64,000 nt of DNA, taken from assembly GCA_965649295.1 (NCBI GenBank), contig CBFGKH010000002.1:128001-192000 (forward strand), read 5' to 3'. A program made the translations under genes and the position numbers. The notes below the pieces were generated by a model. That model was not told the origin of the DNA, ran no database searches, and worked only from the letters and a program-made list of their open reading frames with translations. The DNA is from a candidate division WOR-3 bacterium (GTDB lineage: Bacteria > Hydrothermota > Tepidihabitantia > Tepidihabitantales > Tepidihabitantaceae). Numbering within the stretch: position 1 is the first letter of the stretch; every line of letters begins with the position of its first letter. Shown in pieces: positions 37,061 through 47,151 of this stretch.

Positions 37061-38007
37061 GCCTCATCGAGGAATTCCTAAGCGTCCCAGCCGAGGACAT
37101 CGAGTTCGACTTGCGCGGCATCGGTTCCGTTCCCTGGAGCGAATTCCTTCTCAATCCGCGCAGGCTTCGGGGTTCGGACTTCCTCATGAGGTGGTCACAG
37201 GGGGTATGGAGCGAACAGCGCCTCATCCAGGCGGTCAACAAAACGAAAGACTTTTACGCCATACCCTACGGTCCGAGCAGTGTCGCACCGTCTGATAACG
37301 TGCGGGCTTTCGAGCTGTACTTCGAGCGCCTGGAAAGGGCAGGCTTGGGGAAAGTCAAACGGCCGGATCTTCTGGTCTTTCCGCGGAGCGCACGCACTAA
37401 GGTGGTCCGGCTCGTCCGGGCGGCTGGGGGCGTCGCCAATTTGCCATTCACAGAGGAAGGTGAATTGACCGAGCTGCTCAGGCTGGCCATTATTGCGGTC
37501 GAATGTGAGAACAGCCTTTGGCGAGCCGAGAAAATGCCTGGCTACGGACTCCCTTTAACGCCACAGAGATGGCTTGGCGGTAGGGCAGGGGTGAGGAGGA
37601 CTGCAGTTCTGCCGACGATCATCCTCAAGGAGGAAGACCGCCCACTACTGCAGAAGTGGCAGAAGCAGAACCGGGTCAGAATCCACATCTGGCATGCGTT
37701 CTATGAACGCGCCTATGGTATCTCGTTTGATGTCGCTCAGAACCTGATTGAAAATGGCTTAATTCTGCCAACGAGACAGGTTTTCCAGGCCCCGGGTGGA
37801 CCGACGACTACAAAGGTTCTGTACAAGATCTTCTATCAGCACGCTTATTCCCTTGCAGTAGCGGTTAAAGAACCATCGCTCGATGCCAAATACATCCAGG
37901 ACAGAAACGGACACATACTGCCTTATGTTCGGTTTCATGGTGGCAGGCTTAAAATGACTGACGAAGCACTGCAGGTGTTATCTACGGCGCGGAGCGGACA
38001 TCGATGA
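37039..38007 (+). CDS. AccI-family type II restriction endonuclease
   Basis: SDFLMRWSQGVWSE, YGPS, KRPDLL, ECENSLW; paired with a methyltransferase. Confidence 0.8.
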   Translation: MPTKTVLSLIEEFLSVPAEDIEFDLRGIGSVPWSEFLLNPRRLRGSDFLMRWSQGVWSEQRLIQAVNKTKDFYAIPYGPSSVAPSDNVRAFELYFERLERAGLGKVKRPDLLVFPRSARTKVVRLVRAAGGVANLPFTEEGELTELLRLAIIAVECENSLWRAEKMPGYGLPLTPQRWLGGRAGVRRTAVLPTIILKEEDRPLLQKWQKQNRVRIHIWHAFYERAYGISFDVAQNLIENGLILPTRQVFQAPGGPTTTKVLYKIFYQHAYSLAVAVKEPSLDAKYIQDRNGHILPYVRFHGGRLKMTDEALQVLSTARSGHR

Positions 38008-39563
38008 CCAGAAGACTATCTTTGCGCCGAGCGGAACGCGAGAGACTCCGTGCGAAAGGCCAGTTCTGGACGCCAGACTGGGTTGCCGAAGCCATGACCG
38101 CATACGTTGCAGCTCACACCTGCACCGTGTTTGACCCAGCGGCGGGTGAAGGCGCTTTCTATCGCGCTTTGCTCAGGGTATGTCGGGGTCGCAGTGAGCC
38201 AATCCGTTTCATAGGCAGCGATCTTGATGGGCAACTGCTGATGAAGGTCAAGGAACAGGACTGGTACGACCCAGCGACCTGCCAACTCGAAACGAGAGAT
38301 TTCCTGCAAACGCCTACCCAGACGACCTATCCGGCCATTGTGGCGAACCCACCGTACATTCGCCACCATCGTCTGACGAGGGAGCTCAAGGACCGTCTAA
38401 GCTATCTTAGCCGTCGGACGCTTGGCCAGAAACTGGATGGTCGGGCCGGATTGCACGTTTACTTCCTCATTCAGGCGCTAACGCTCCTTCAAGACGGAGG
38501 GCGGCTGGCCTTCATCATGCCCGCTGACACCTGCGAAGGAGTGTTCGCACACACGCTATGGGAGTGGATAGCGCGGCGTTTCTGCCTGGACTGCGTGATC
38601 ACATTCGCGCCAGAGGCGTCCCCCTTCCCGGACGTCGACACCAACACCATGATTTTCCTCATCAGACGAGCCGAACCTGGGGATCACGTCTTGTGGGTCA
38701 GGTGTGTTAGGCGGGGCAGCGATCAGGTGCGACGTTTCATAGAGTCGTCGTTCTCGGACTTGGCGCTTGGCGATCTCGAGGTTTACAGGAGATCACTCAA
38801 GGAGGCGTTGAGCACCGGACTCTCCAGGCCGCCCCAGAGCGAAAAGGAACCGGTCTTCCGGCTACGCGATTTTGCACACGTGATGCGCGGTATCGCCACC
38901 GGCGCGAATGACTTCTTTTTCCTTACTGTGGAACAGGCGGCTGATCTGAAGCTACCTGCCGATTTCCTGCGTCCTGCAATAGGCCGGACGCGAGATGTAA
39001 CCGGTAGCGCGGTCACACAAGAAACTATGGCCGCCCTTGCGGCCAGGGGGCGCCCAACACTGCTGTTCTCTCCGAACGGTGACGACCCAGCAAGCTTCCC
39101 GCGGTCAGTGCGCGATTATCTGGAGCGAGGTGTGGAACGCGGATTGCCGAACCGGGCTCTGCTTTCAACTCGCCACCCGTGGTACAGGATGGAACGACGA
39201 GCAGCGCCCCCGTTCCTCTTTGCTTATCTCGGTCGGCGTAATGCACGGTTCATAAAGAACGATGCGCGCGCCGTGCCACTCACAGGGTTCCTGTGCGTAT
39301 ACCCCAATTCTGATGACCCAGTCTACGTTCAGCGACTGTGGCATGTCCTACAACATCAGAAGACGATCGCCAACCTACGCCTAGTGGGAAAGTCCTACGG
39401 TGCTGGCGCGATCAAAGTCGAGCCTCGTGCACTCGAGAATCTTCCTATTCCCAGTTCTGTTGTAGCGGCGGCGGGGCTTGCACCGATTCGAATAGCCTAC
39501 GATAAACCGCCGCAGCTTGATTTCGGCCAGCAGATGGTAGCTGGCGCACATTCTTCAGCGTGA
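38004..39563 (+). CDS. N6-adenine DNA methyltransferase (gamma class)
   Basis: GQFWTP, FDPAAGEG, NPPY, RGIATGAN. Confidence 0.92.
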   Translation: MTRRLSLRRAERERLRAKGQFWTPDWVAEAMTAYVAAHTCTVFDPAAGEGAFYRALLRVCRGRSEPIRFIGSDLDGQLLMKVKEQDWYDPATCQLETRDFLQTPTQTTYPAIVANPPYIRHHRLTRELKDRLSYLSRRTLGQKLDGRAGLHVYFLIQALTLLQDGGRLAFIMPADTCEGVFAHTLWEWIARRFCLDCVITFAPEASPFPDVDTNTMIFLIRRAEPGDHVLWVRCVRRGSDQVRRFIESSFSDLALGDLEVYRRSLKEALSTGLSRPPQSEKEPVFRLRDFAHVMRGIATGANDFFFLTVEQAADLKLPADFLRPAIGRTRDVTGSAVTQETMAALAARGRPTLLFSPNGDDPASFPRSVRDYLERGVERGLPNRALLSTRHPWYRMERRAAPPFLFAYLGRRNARFIKNDARAVPLTGFLCVYPNSDDPVYVQRLWHVLQHQKTIANLRLVGKSYGAGAIKVEPRALENLPIPSSVVAAAGLAPIRIAYDKPPQLDFGQQMVAGAHSSA

Positions 39564-39602
39564 CGTCAATTGGCTTACAGGGCCAGCAGCAACTCCGTGA
39601 GT

Positions 39603-39827
39603 CTGACCGCCGCAATAAGGGTCAGTGCTGAGAAGGATTCCGCACACATTGACCTGTCCTAGTTACACATGGATGTCGACCTGGGAGAAATCCTCTCCAG
39701 TCTGCTCGGCAAGCGCATCCGCCGCATCAAGCCTGATTCGGTTGAGTTCGAGGACGGCATGGTCATCGACTTGACCAAGCAGGACTTCGAGTTCTTCAAG
39801 CTCACTAAGCCGCTCATCTGGTGGTAG
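39603..39827 (+). pseudogene. C-terminal fragment of the type III Mod gene, with in-frame TAG at 39660
   Basis: IDLS*LHMDVDLGEILSSLLGKRIRRI...VEFEDG...KPLIWW*; not in the ORF track. Confidence 0.7.
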
Positions 39828-39848
39828 CCAGACTGGGATAGCAGCCAC

Positions 39849-39914
39849 ATGGCCCGCACCTTTCTTCAGGAAATGGTCGAGAGCCGGGCCTACGAGTTCC
39901 TGCGGGCTAGCTAG
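39849..39914 (+). pseudogene. Truncated N-terminus of a type III Res subunit
   Basis: MARTFLQEMVES... directly after the mod end; only 21 aa. Confidence 0.45.
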
Positions 39915-40152
39915 GCATCGAGATCGAAACGTTTGAGTCGTTCTGCCCTTCTGGGCAGGGACGGCGTAGGCTTTCTTCTTCAGAACAGCAGAATTGAGTC
40001 CAGGGCGCGGTGTTCTGGATAAGGGCTGGTTGAACGGTGGTGCTGTCGTTGCTGAACGAGGGCAGAGTGATGAGGAGGTGGCAGAATGGCGGGTGGCGAA
40101 GGCAGCGGCAATTGCCGGGTGTGACTTTGTGGCTATGATGTGCGTCAGAGTG

Positions 40153-42387
40153 ATGATGCGTCTTTTGCTGGCGGTCTGGTTTTGGGCAGCGGTGGCGGCT
40201 GCGCAGGGGGTGGTGAACGGCGATGTCCACGATGCGACAAATGGTGAGCCGCTGGCTTATGCCAATGTCTATCTCGAAGGCACTGAGTTTGGGGCGGCGA
40301 CGAATCTGCGCGGCTATTTCTTTATCAGTGGGGTGCCGGACGGCGACTATCAGATTGTTGCTTCGTTTGTCGGGTATGAGGAGCAGCGCAAGCCGATTGC
40401 GGTGCGGGGTGGAGTGGTGCGGGTGAGTTTTGAGCTGCGGCCGACAGCGATTCGGGTTGGCGAGGTGAAGGTGACGGCGGACCGGGCCCGGTTTGAGCGG
40501 GAAGTCCAGGTGTCGGCAGTGCGGCTTGATGCGCGGCAGTTGCAGTTTGTGCCGCGGGTCGGTGGTGAGGCAGACCTGTTTCGGACGATTCAGTTGCTGC
40601 CCGGGGTGATTACGACTTCGGATTTCTCGAACAAGCTCTATATCCGCGGCGGGTCGCCGGACCAGAATCTGATTCTTTTGGATGGAGTGACGGTCTATAA
40701 CCCGTCGCATCTTTTTGGGTTGTTCTCGCCGTTTGTTTCTGAGGCGGTTTCGGATGTGACGCTGCTGGCCGGCGGGTTTCCGGCGAAGTATGGTGGCCGG
40801 ATGAGTTCGGTGCTGGATGTGACGACGCGCGAGGGTAACTCGAAGCGGCTGGCCGGTAGTGCTTCGGCTTCGATGATTGCGGCTCAGGGTCTGGTTGAGG
40901 GGCCGATTCCGAAAGGCTCGTTTCTTTTGGCGGGCCGCCGGACCTATGTTGCCGACGCCCTGTTGCGGGCGTTTGGGGTGGATGGGCTGGGTTACTATTT
41001 CTATGACATGATGGGCAAGGTGAACTATGAGCCGGTAGAGGATTCGCGGCTGACGCTGGCGGGGATTCTGGCTGAGGATGTGCTCAGTTTCTATGACCCG
41101 GCCAATCCGGACGGGCTTTCGGGCCGGCTCAGCTGGGGTAATCGTGGCTTTGCTCTGCATCTGAACCGGGTGATGAGTCCGTTGCTCTATGCCGAGTTTG
41201 TTGGTTCCTACAGCAACTTCTTCACCGGCTTGCAGGCAAGGGTGGGAACGCCGGACACTGCCCGTTTTGAGGCAGGGGTGACTGATTGCGTGCTCAAGGG
41301 CGACCTGACCTGGTATCCGGCTGACCGTTTCACGCTCGGATTCGGTGCCGAGGCTCGTTACGTCGAGCCGGGATTCAGGGCTGAGTTCAGTTCCATCGGG
41401 ATTCGACGAACTGACACGCTGGCACCGCTCGTCGGCTATGCTGACGGCAAGTGGGAGGTGATTGCCAAGCGGCTCTTTGTCAAGCCGGGCCTGCGGCTTT
41501 TGTGGGATTTTGCCTTGCGGCGGTTTGAGCCGGAGCCGCGGCTTGGGCTCAAGTACCAGCCTTTCACCAATACTGCGGTCAATCTGGCAGCCGGCCGCTT
41601 TACCCAGCAACTGGTGACGGCCAATTCGACCGAGGCGGTCTTTTCAATCTACGATGCCTGGGCGCCGGTGCAGGAGTTTCAGGCGACACCGACTGCTTGG
41701 CACGGAATTGCCGGGGTGGAGCAGTGGCTGGGGCGGGACGTGGTTCTGTCGGCCGAGACCTACTACAAGCACTATGACAACCTGCTTGAGACAAGATATG
41801 GCACTGCTTTCACCCGGCCAGATTCGCTGTTGCCGGCAGATGGCTATTCGACCGGGTTTGAGCTACTGGCGCGGCGGGCCGAAGGCCGCGTCAACGGCTG
41901 GGTGACCTATTCATACATGTGGACTAGGCGTCAGATTCGGGGTGAGGCCGAAGAGTATGCGCCGCATTATGACCGGCGCCATTCGGTGAATCTCGTCTTG
42001 AACTTCCCGAAGGTGCTGTGGAGGATTGATTTGGCTGCCAAGTGGAGTCTGGGTAGTGGGCTGCCCTATGCCGGTTTTGTCGGCTACTTTCCGCGGTATG
42101 TGGAGCGGCCGTTTGGTGACTACTGGACCCAGCGGGAGTGGGAGTTTCTGCGCTCAAAGCGGGACGGTTTCCGCTATCCGGTCTATCACCGGCTTGACAT
42201 TGGGCTGACGCGGGCTTGGAACCTGCGTTGGGGCGAGCTGAGCGTTTTTGCCGATGTGGTCAATGCCTATAATGCCCGCAATCCGCTCCTCTACTTCTGG
42301 GAAGTGGACAGCCAGGGTCTGCCGCGGCGCGGTCAGATTGGCAACCTGCCAATACTGCCGACAGTCGGGTTGAAGGTGAAGTTCTGA
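40153..42387 (+). CDS. TonB-dependent receptor
   Basis: CarboxypepD_reg-like N-terminus, plug IRGGSPDQNLILLDG, terminal F. Confidence 0.92.
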   Translation: MMRLLLAVWFWAAVAAAQGVVNGDVHDATNGEPLAYANVYLEGTEFGAATNLRGYFFISGVPDGDYQIVASFVGYEEQRKPIAVRGGVVRVSFELRPTAIRVGEVKVTADRARFEREVQVSAVRLDARQLQFVPRVGGEADLFRTIQLLPGVITTSDFSNKLYIRGGSPDQNLILLDGVTVYNPSHLFGLFSPFVSEAVSDVTLLAGGFPAKYGGRMSSVLDVTTREGNSKRLAGSASASMIAAQGLVEGPIPKGSFLLAGRRTYVADALLRAFGVDGLGYYFYDMMGKVNYEPVEDSRLTLAGILAEDVLSFYDPANPDGLSGRLSWGNRGFALHLNRVMSPLLYAEFVGSYSNFFTGLQARVGTPDTARFEAGVTDCVLKGDLTWYPADRFTLGFGAEARYVEPGFRAEFSSIGIRRTDTLAPLVGYADGKWEVIAKRLFVKPGLRLLWDFALRRFEPEPRLGLKYQPFTNTAVNLAAGRFTQQLVTANSTEAVFSIYDAWAPVQEFQATPTAWHGIAGVEQWLGRDVVLSAETYYKHYDNLLETRYGTAFTRPDSLLPADGYSTGFELLARRAEGRVNGWVTYSYMWTRRQIRGEAEEYAPHYDRRHSVNLVLNFPKVLWRIDLAAKWSLGSGLPYAGFVGYFPRYVERPFGDYWTQREWEFLRSKRDGFRYPVYHRLDIGLTRAWNLRWGELSVFADVVNAYNARNPLLYFWEVDSQGLPRRGQIGNLPILPTVGLKVKF

Positions 42388-42388
42388 G

Positions 42389-43174
42389 ATGAACCGACGC
42401 GAGCGGCTGCTGAAATTGGGGCTGGCTGCGGTCAGCCTCTTGGTGCTAGGGTGTGATGAGAATCGGGATGGCCAGTTTGTGCCGAAGCTGGCAGTGCACT
42501 GCCAGCTTCGGGTGGGCGCGACCGCGGCAACAGTGCTGGTGAATCGGACTTATGGTTTGGGTGAGCAGTTTGACAGCATTTTCTCCGGTGCTGAGGTCTG
42601 GCTGTTCCGAGCGGCTGACTCTTTTCGGCTGGGCTGGGTTGACCGGGACCGCTATTTCGGGGACTGGACCGACAGCGCGCCGCCGGTTGCCCCGAACGAG
42701 ACCTGGCGACTGCGGGTTAGCTGTGTTGGGTTTGACACGGTGACGGCAATGACGGTTACGCCCTGTGACTTTGCGATTCTCTATCCGGGTGAGGGCGATA
42801 CGGTGACCATCAATGATTCGCTCGGCTGGAGCCGCTGTCCGGGTGCCAAGGGTTATTACCTCTCACGTCGGGTTGAGCAGCAGGGCGAGGAGTTGTTCTT
42901 TGATATCGTCATTCCCAATGACTCGTCTGGCGATAGCTACGACCCGCGCCGGGTGCACATTCCCAGGCTCGTCTTTTTTTATGGCGACACGGCCACTACT
43001 CAGCAGCTCAGCGTCTATGCTGTGGACACGAACTACTACTACTGGGTGAGCGGTGGCGGTGGAATGATGGGCAGCCGCGAGAATGTGAACCGGGTGAACG
43101 GCGGTGTCGGCGTGTTCGGGTCAGCGGTGCGGCGCGACCGGCGGCTCTATCTGCGGCGTGAATCGCTACCCTAG
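42389..43174 (+). CDS. DUF4249-like lipoprotein
   Basis: Lipobox VLGC, NGGVGVFGS; follows the TonB receptor. Confidence 0.75.
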   Translation: MNRRERLLKLGLAAVSLLVLGCDENRDGQFVPKLAVHCQLRVGATAATVLVNRTYGLGEQFDSIFSGAEVWLFRAADSFRLGWVDRDRYFGDWTDSAPPVAPNETWRLRVSCVGFDTVTAMTVTPCDFAILYPGEGDTVTINDSLGWSRCPGAKGYYLSRRVEQQGEELFFDIVIPNDSSGDSYDPRRVHIPRLVFFYGDTATTQQLSVYAVDTNYYYWVSGGGGMMGSRENVNRVNGGVGVFGSAVRRDRRLYLRRESLP

Positions 43175-44889
43175 CCGGTGCGGCGCGGCCGCAACCAGAC
43201 CAGTAGCGTCTCAATCACCATCCACGCCTCGAGAGCAAGGCAGACGAGCGTGACGACAAACAGTAGCCAGTTGCGGGCCGCGTAGAACGGGCCGAGTTTC
43301 TGGACCAGTGCCCAGGTGGTCATCGTTATCATGAACAGTGCTGGAATCAGAGCCAGCGGGTACCAGCGGCTGCGCGGCCGCAGCCAGACTGAGACCACGA
43401 GCAGGGCAAGACCGGCAAGCATCTGGTTGAGGGCACCGAATACCGGCCAGAGCCGGAGCGCACCAGCACCGCTGGCACCGTTGGCAAAGGCCAGGGCACC
43501 GGCACTGACCACGGCAAGGGTCGTGGCTGGCCAGGGTTTGGCAAGGAAGTCGAGACGGGCGGTGCCGGCAAGCTCGGCAATGACGTAGCGCTGGATGCGG
43601 GCGGCGGTGTCGAGTGTGGTGCCGGCAAATGAGGCGACGAGCACGCCCATCAGGGTGATGCCCAGCCCGACCGGAATGCCGTAGCTGGTCATCATGTTGG
43701 CAGCACCGGTGACAAAGGCGTCAAGGTTGGCGCCCAGGCCTTCGGCTGCGCCCCAGCTCGCATAGTGACGGAACCAGGCGGCCGAGCCGGTGAGTAGCGT
43801 GCCGTCGGCAGCCTTGTAGCCGAGGCCGATGCCGGCACAGCAGGCAGCAATGACCAGCACGGCCAGGGCTGACTCAATGAGCATCGCGCCGTAGCCGACA
43901 AAGAGGGCATCGGGTTCGCGGGCGACCTGCTTGGCCGAGGTGCCTGAGGCGACGAGCGAGTGGAAGCCGGATATTGCGCCGCAAGCAATGGTGATGAAGA
44001 GTACTGGCCAGAGCGAGGGCGCTCCCGGGACCGCAAGGCGCAGGGCTGGGGCGACGAGCGGCAGGCCGCCGCCAAATGACGAGAAGATTACCCCAAGCAG
44101 CAGCAGAACAAAGGCGACACCAAGCTCCCAGGCGTTGATGTAGTCGCGGGGCTGGAGTAGGGTTGTTACTGGCAGGACCGAGGCGATGAAGGCATAGATG
44201 AGCAGGATTGTCGTCCAGACACCGGTCGGCGGTATGCCCAGGACCGTTGGCATCACTAGCGGCAGGCGGAAGCCGATGAAGATAGTGGCATACATCAGCA
44301 GGACTGCGGCGATGTCGAAGAAGATTAGTCTGTTGCCAAGGCCACGACGATAGACGAGCCAGCCGAGCGTGATGGCAATCGGGATTTCTGACCAGATTGG
44401 GATGACGGCGGCCGGATAGCGGCTGAAGATGAGTGCCATCACCAGTCCGAAGATCGCCAGGACGACCCAGAGAATCAGCATCACCACCAAGAAAAAGATT
44501 AGCCGCACCCGCGGGCCAATCAGTTCACCGGTGATGTCGGCAAGCGAGTGGCCCTGACGGCGGAGCGAGACGACCAGCGAGCCGAGGTCGTGGACGCCGC
44601 CCATGACGATTGAGCCGACAAAGACCCAGAGGAAAGCCGGCACCCAGCCCCAGATGACGCCGATGGCCGGGCCGACAATCGGCCCGGTGCCGGCGATCGA
44701 GGTGAAGTGGTGACCAAAGATAATCAGCCGGCGGGTGGGGACGTAGTCATGGTCGTCGCGCAGCTCGACTGCCGGTACGCGGGCCGCCGGGTCAAGCCGA
44801 AAGATGCGACGCGCGAGAAAGCGGCCGTAGGTATTGTAGGCGACGATATAGCCGAAGAAGGCGAGCAGGACGAGTAGTAGCGTGGCCAT
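43171..44889 (-). CDS. cstA: Carbon starvation protein A transporter
   Basis: GHHFTSIAGTGPIVGP, QPRDY, IACGAISGFH. Confidence 0.93.
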   Translation of the reverse strand: MATLLLVLLAFFGYIVAYNTYGRFLARRIFRLDPAARVPAVELRDDHDYVPTRRLIIFGHHFTSIAGTGPIVGPAIGVIWGWVPAFLWVFVGSIVMGGVHDLGSLVVSLRRQGHSLADITGELIGPRVRLIFFLVVMLILWVVLAIFGLVMALIFSRYPAAVIPIWSEIPIAITLGWLVYRRGLGNRLIFFDIAAVLLMYATIFIGFRLPLVMPTVLGIPPTGVWTTILLIYAFIASVLPVTTLLQPRDYINAWELGVAFVLLLLGVIFSSFGGGLPLVAPALRLAVPGAPSLWPVLFITIACGAISGFHSLVASGTSAKQVAREPDALFVGYGAMLIESALAVLVIAACCAGIGLGYKAADGTLLTGSAAWFRHYASWGAAEGLGANLDAFVTGAANMMTSYGIPVGLGITLMGVLVASFAGTTLDTAARIQRYVIAELAGTARLDFLAKPWPATTLAVVSAGALAFANGASGAGALRLWPVFGALNQMLAGLALLVVSVWLRPRSRWYPLALIPALFMITMTTWALVQKLGPFYAARNWLLFVVTLVCLALEAWMVIETLLVWLRPRRTG

Positions 44890-44941
44890 GGCTGGTAGTA
44901 TAGGGCGCGGCGACGGGCGGTCAAGCTACCAAGATTGGTGC

Positions 44942-44981
44942 TTGACATCGAATATAGGTAAATTAGTATATACTAGTATAT
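44942..44981 (+). promoter_or_regulatory. hdr/flx operon promoter with overlapping palindromes
   Basis: TTGACA at 44942; TAGTATATACTA and ATATACTAGTATAT perfect palindromes. Confidence 0.65.
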
Positions 44982-45423
44982 GTCAGGTTCGACAGCTCTT
45001 GCGCCGGCGAGCGGCCGCCAGGTCGCCGAAGCGACGGTCGCGGCCTTCAGTCAGATGTTTGATCTCGGGCTGACCAAGGAGAAGATGCTGGCAATGATGC
45101 CGGGACTGCTGCTCTATCTGGCGCGGACACCGGCGGCAGTCCAGCCGTGTCTTGATGTCATGCTGCCGATGATGAAACAGATGAACATCGCCATCAACGA
45201 TGACCTACTGGTGGAGATGATGCCGGCGGTGGTGAAGGCAGTGGACCGGGCGCCCGCGCTCGGTGGTAAGGTGTTTGAACGGATGGTGCCGATGATGAAG
45301 GCGTTCGGCCTGAAGATGAACCTTTCCATTATGAGCCGGGTAATGGGGATGATGCTGGGGATGACCCTGCGGCATCCGCGGATTATTCCGGGGATGCTGA
45401 AGGCGATGCCACGGATGCTTTAG
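44980..45423 (+). CDS. Met-rich hypothetical protein heading the hdr/flx operon
   Basis: 23 Met in 147 aa; coding-like codon bias. Confidence 0.75.
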   Translation: MSGSTALAPASGRQVAEATVAAFSQMFDLGLTKEKMLAMMPGLLLYLARTPAAVQPCLDVMLPMMKQMNIAINDDLLVEMMPAVVKAVDRAPALGGKVFERMVPMMKAFGLKMNLSIMSRVMGMMLGMTLRHPRIIPGMLKAMPRML

Positions 45424-45438
45424 AGTGATGAACGAGGA

Positions 45439-46185
45439 GTGGTAGTGCGCGAGAGTCCAATGGATTGGCTGCCCGGTTTCGACAAGAAGTTCTCAGAACT
45501 GACGCACCAGATGGTGAAGGACCTGGAGAAGTGCATGCAGTGCGGCAAGTGCACGGCTCAGTGCCCGGCAGCCAAGCTATCGTCGTATAATCCGCGCCAG
45601 ATTATCCGCGACCTGAAGATGGGTAACGTCGAGAAGGTCATCTCGTCGCAGGAGCTTTGGCTCTGCTTCTTCTGCTCGGGCTGCTATGCGGTCTGCCCGC
45701 AGGATATCAACTTCCCGTTTGCGGTGGCGATGCTCCGCTATGCGGCCCTGGCGCAGGGCTACGGCTGGGAAGAGGTGAAGAAGATTAAGGACCCCTATGC
45801 CCAGGACTACTACAATACCGGGCTGTCGGTCAGTCCGGAGGAGAGGAATCTGGGGCTGCGCCGCGAGCTGGCCGAGCACACCGGTACCGACGGTCGGATG
45901 GCGACGATTCGCAAGCGGATGGGGCTGCCGCCGAAACGAGAGGTGTCGGCGAAGGCATTGGCCGAGATTCGTTTCATTGCCGACGCTACCGGGATGACCG
46001 ATTTATTTGGTGAGATTGAGAAAAAGCAAGGGCGGCCGAAGAAGTGGAATTACGGGTCGCCGGCTGACCTGGTCAGAATCAAGCGCGGGCCGCACCAGAA
46101 GTTCATTGATATTGATGATGAGCGGGATGCGGACGAGGACGCGTGTGCGGGGCGAGTAGCCAAGGGTCAGCCAGCCGAAGGGTAG
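45439..46185 (+). CDS. hdrC: Heterodisulfide reductase subunit C
   Basis: Two CxxCxxCxxxCP motifs; followed by hdrB. Confidence 0.88.
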   Translation: MVVRESPMDWLPGFDKKFSELTHQMVKDLEKCMQCGKCTAQCPAAKLSSYNPRQIIRDLKMGNVEKVISSQELWLCFFCSGCYAVCPQDINFPFAVAMLRYAALAQGYGWEEVKKIKDPYAQDYYNTGLSVSPEERNLGLRRELAEHTGTDGRMATIRKRMGLPPKREVSAKALAEIRFIADATGMTDLFGEIEKKQGRPKKWNYGSPADLVRIKRGPHQKFIDIDDERDADEDACAGRVAKGQPAEG

Positions 46186-46191
46186 GGTGCG

Positions 46192-47148
46192 ATGCCGCGC
46201 AAAGAAGTAGAAAGAGCAATTCGTATCAGTGACCGGATGTTTCTGTTTCAGCCCTGTGTCGGGCACAACAAGTATCCCGGGATCATCGCTGCTGCCCAGG
46301 AGATTCTGCCCCGGCTTGGTATCGAGGCCGTGCTGAGTGACGAGCAGACCTGCTGCGGTGGATTCTTGACGTTTACCAATGTGGCCCAGCCGACCTCGAC
46401 GATGCCGGCAGTGGCGCGCAATCTGACGCTGGCCGAAGAGCAGAACCTCGATGTCATTGCACTCTGCAACGGCTGCCACACGTTCTTGACCGAGTTCTCA
46501 CATTTCATGAACGACCGGCCGCCGGTCAAGGGCGTGGTCAATGTCATTCTCGCAATGATTGGCCGCGAGTATCGGGGCACGGCGAATGTCTATCACGTCA
46601 TCGAGGTGCTATACAAGCTCCGCGACCGGGTCCGCGAGCGGGTCCAGGTGCCGCTGACTGGCTTGCGGTTCGCCACCCACTACGGCTGCCATTACCTGAA
46701 CGGGTTCAAGAAGACAGCAATTGACGATGCGTTCATGCCGACGGTGCTGGAGGAGATTATTGAGGCTTGCGGCGCAACACCGGTCTCCTACGCCGAGAAT
46801 CGGTCGTGTTGTGGCACCGGTCTGACTCAGGTCATTTTGCACAAAGAGGAGCTTTCGCTGCCGCACACCAAGCGGAAGCTGGAGAGCCTGAACGCGGTGC
46901 AGGCCGATGGGGTAGTTGTCCAGTGTCCATATTGCCTGGCCCAGCTTGACCGGATGTCGCAGAAGCTCAATTCGCGCCGGGCCGGCAATTTCCAGACGCC
47001 GGCTCTCCATGTGGTGCAGCTCGTCGGGCTTGCGCTCGGTATCGAGGAGCGAAAGCTCGGGTTTGAGGCGCACGCGATTCCGCACACCCGCATGCTTGCC
47101 AAGTACCGAAAGCTCGAACACCGGCTCGCCGAGCCGGCAGCGGTGTAG
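46192..47148 (+). CDS. hdrB: Heterodisulfide reductase subunit B
   Basis: Two CCG domains, HYGCH, CPYC. Confidence 0.9.
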   Translation: MPRKEVERAIRISDRMFLFQPCVGHNKYPGIIAAAQEILPRLGIEAVLSDEQTCCGGFLTFTNVAQPTSTMPAVARNLTLAEEQNLDVIALCNGCHTFLTEFSHFMNDRPPVKGVVNVILAMIGREYRGTANVYHVIEVLYKLRDRVRERVQVPLTGLRFATHYGCHYLNGFKKTAIDDAFMPTVLEEIIEACGATPVSYAENRSCCGTGLTQVILHKEELSLPHTKRKLESLNAVQADGVVVQCPYCLAQLDRMSQKLNSRRAGNFQTPALHVVQLVGLALGIEERKLGFEAHAIPHTRMLAKYRKLEHRLAEPAAV

Positions 47149-47151
47149 CTC

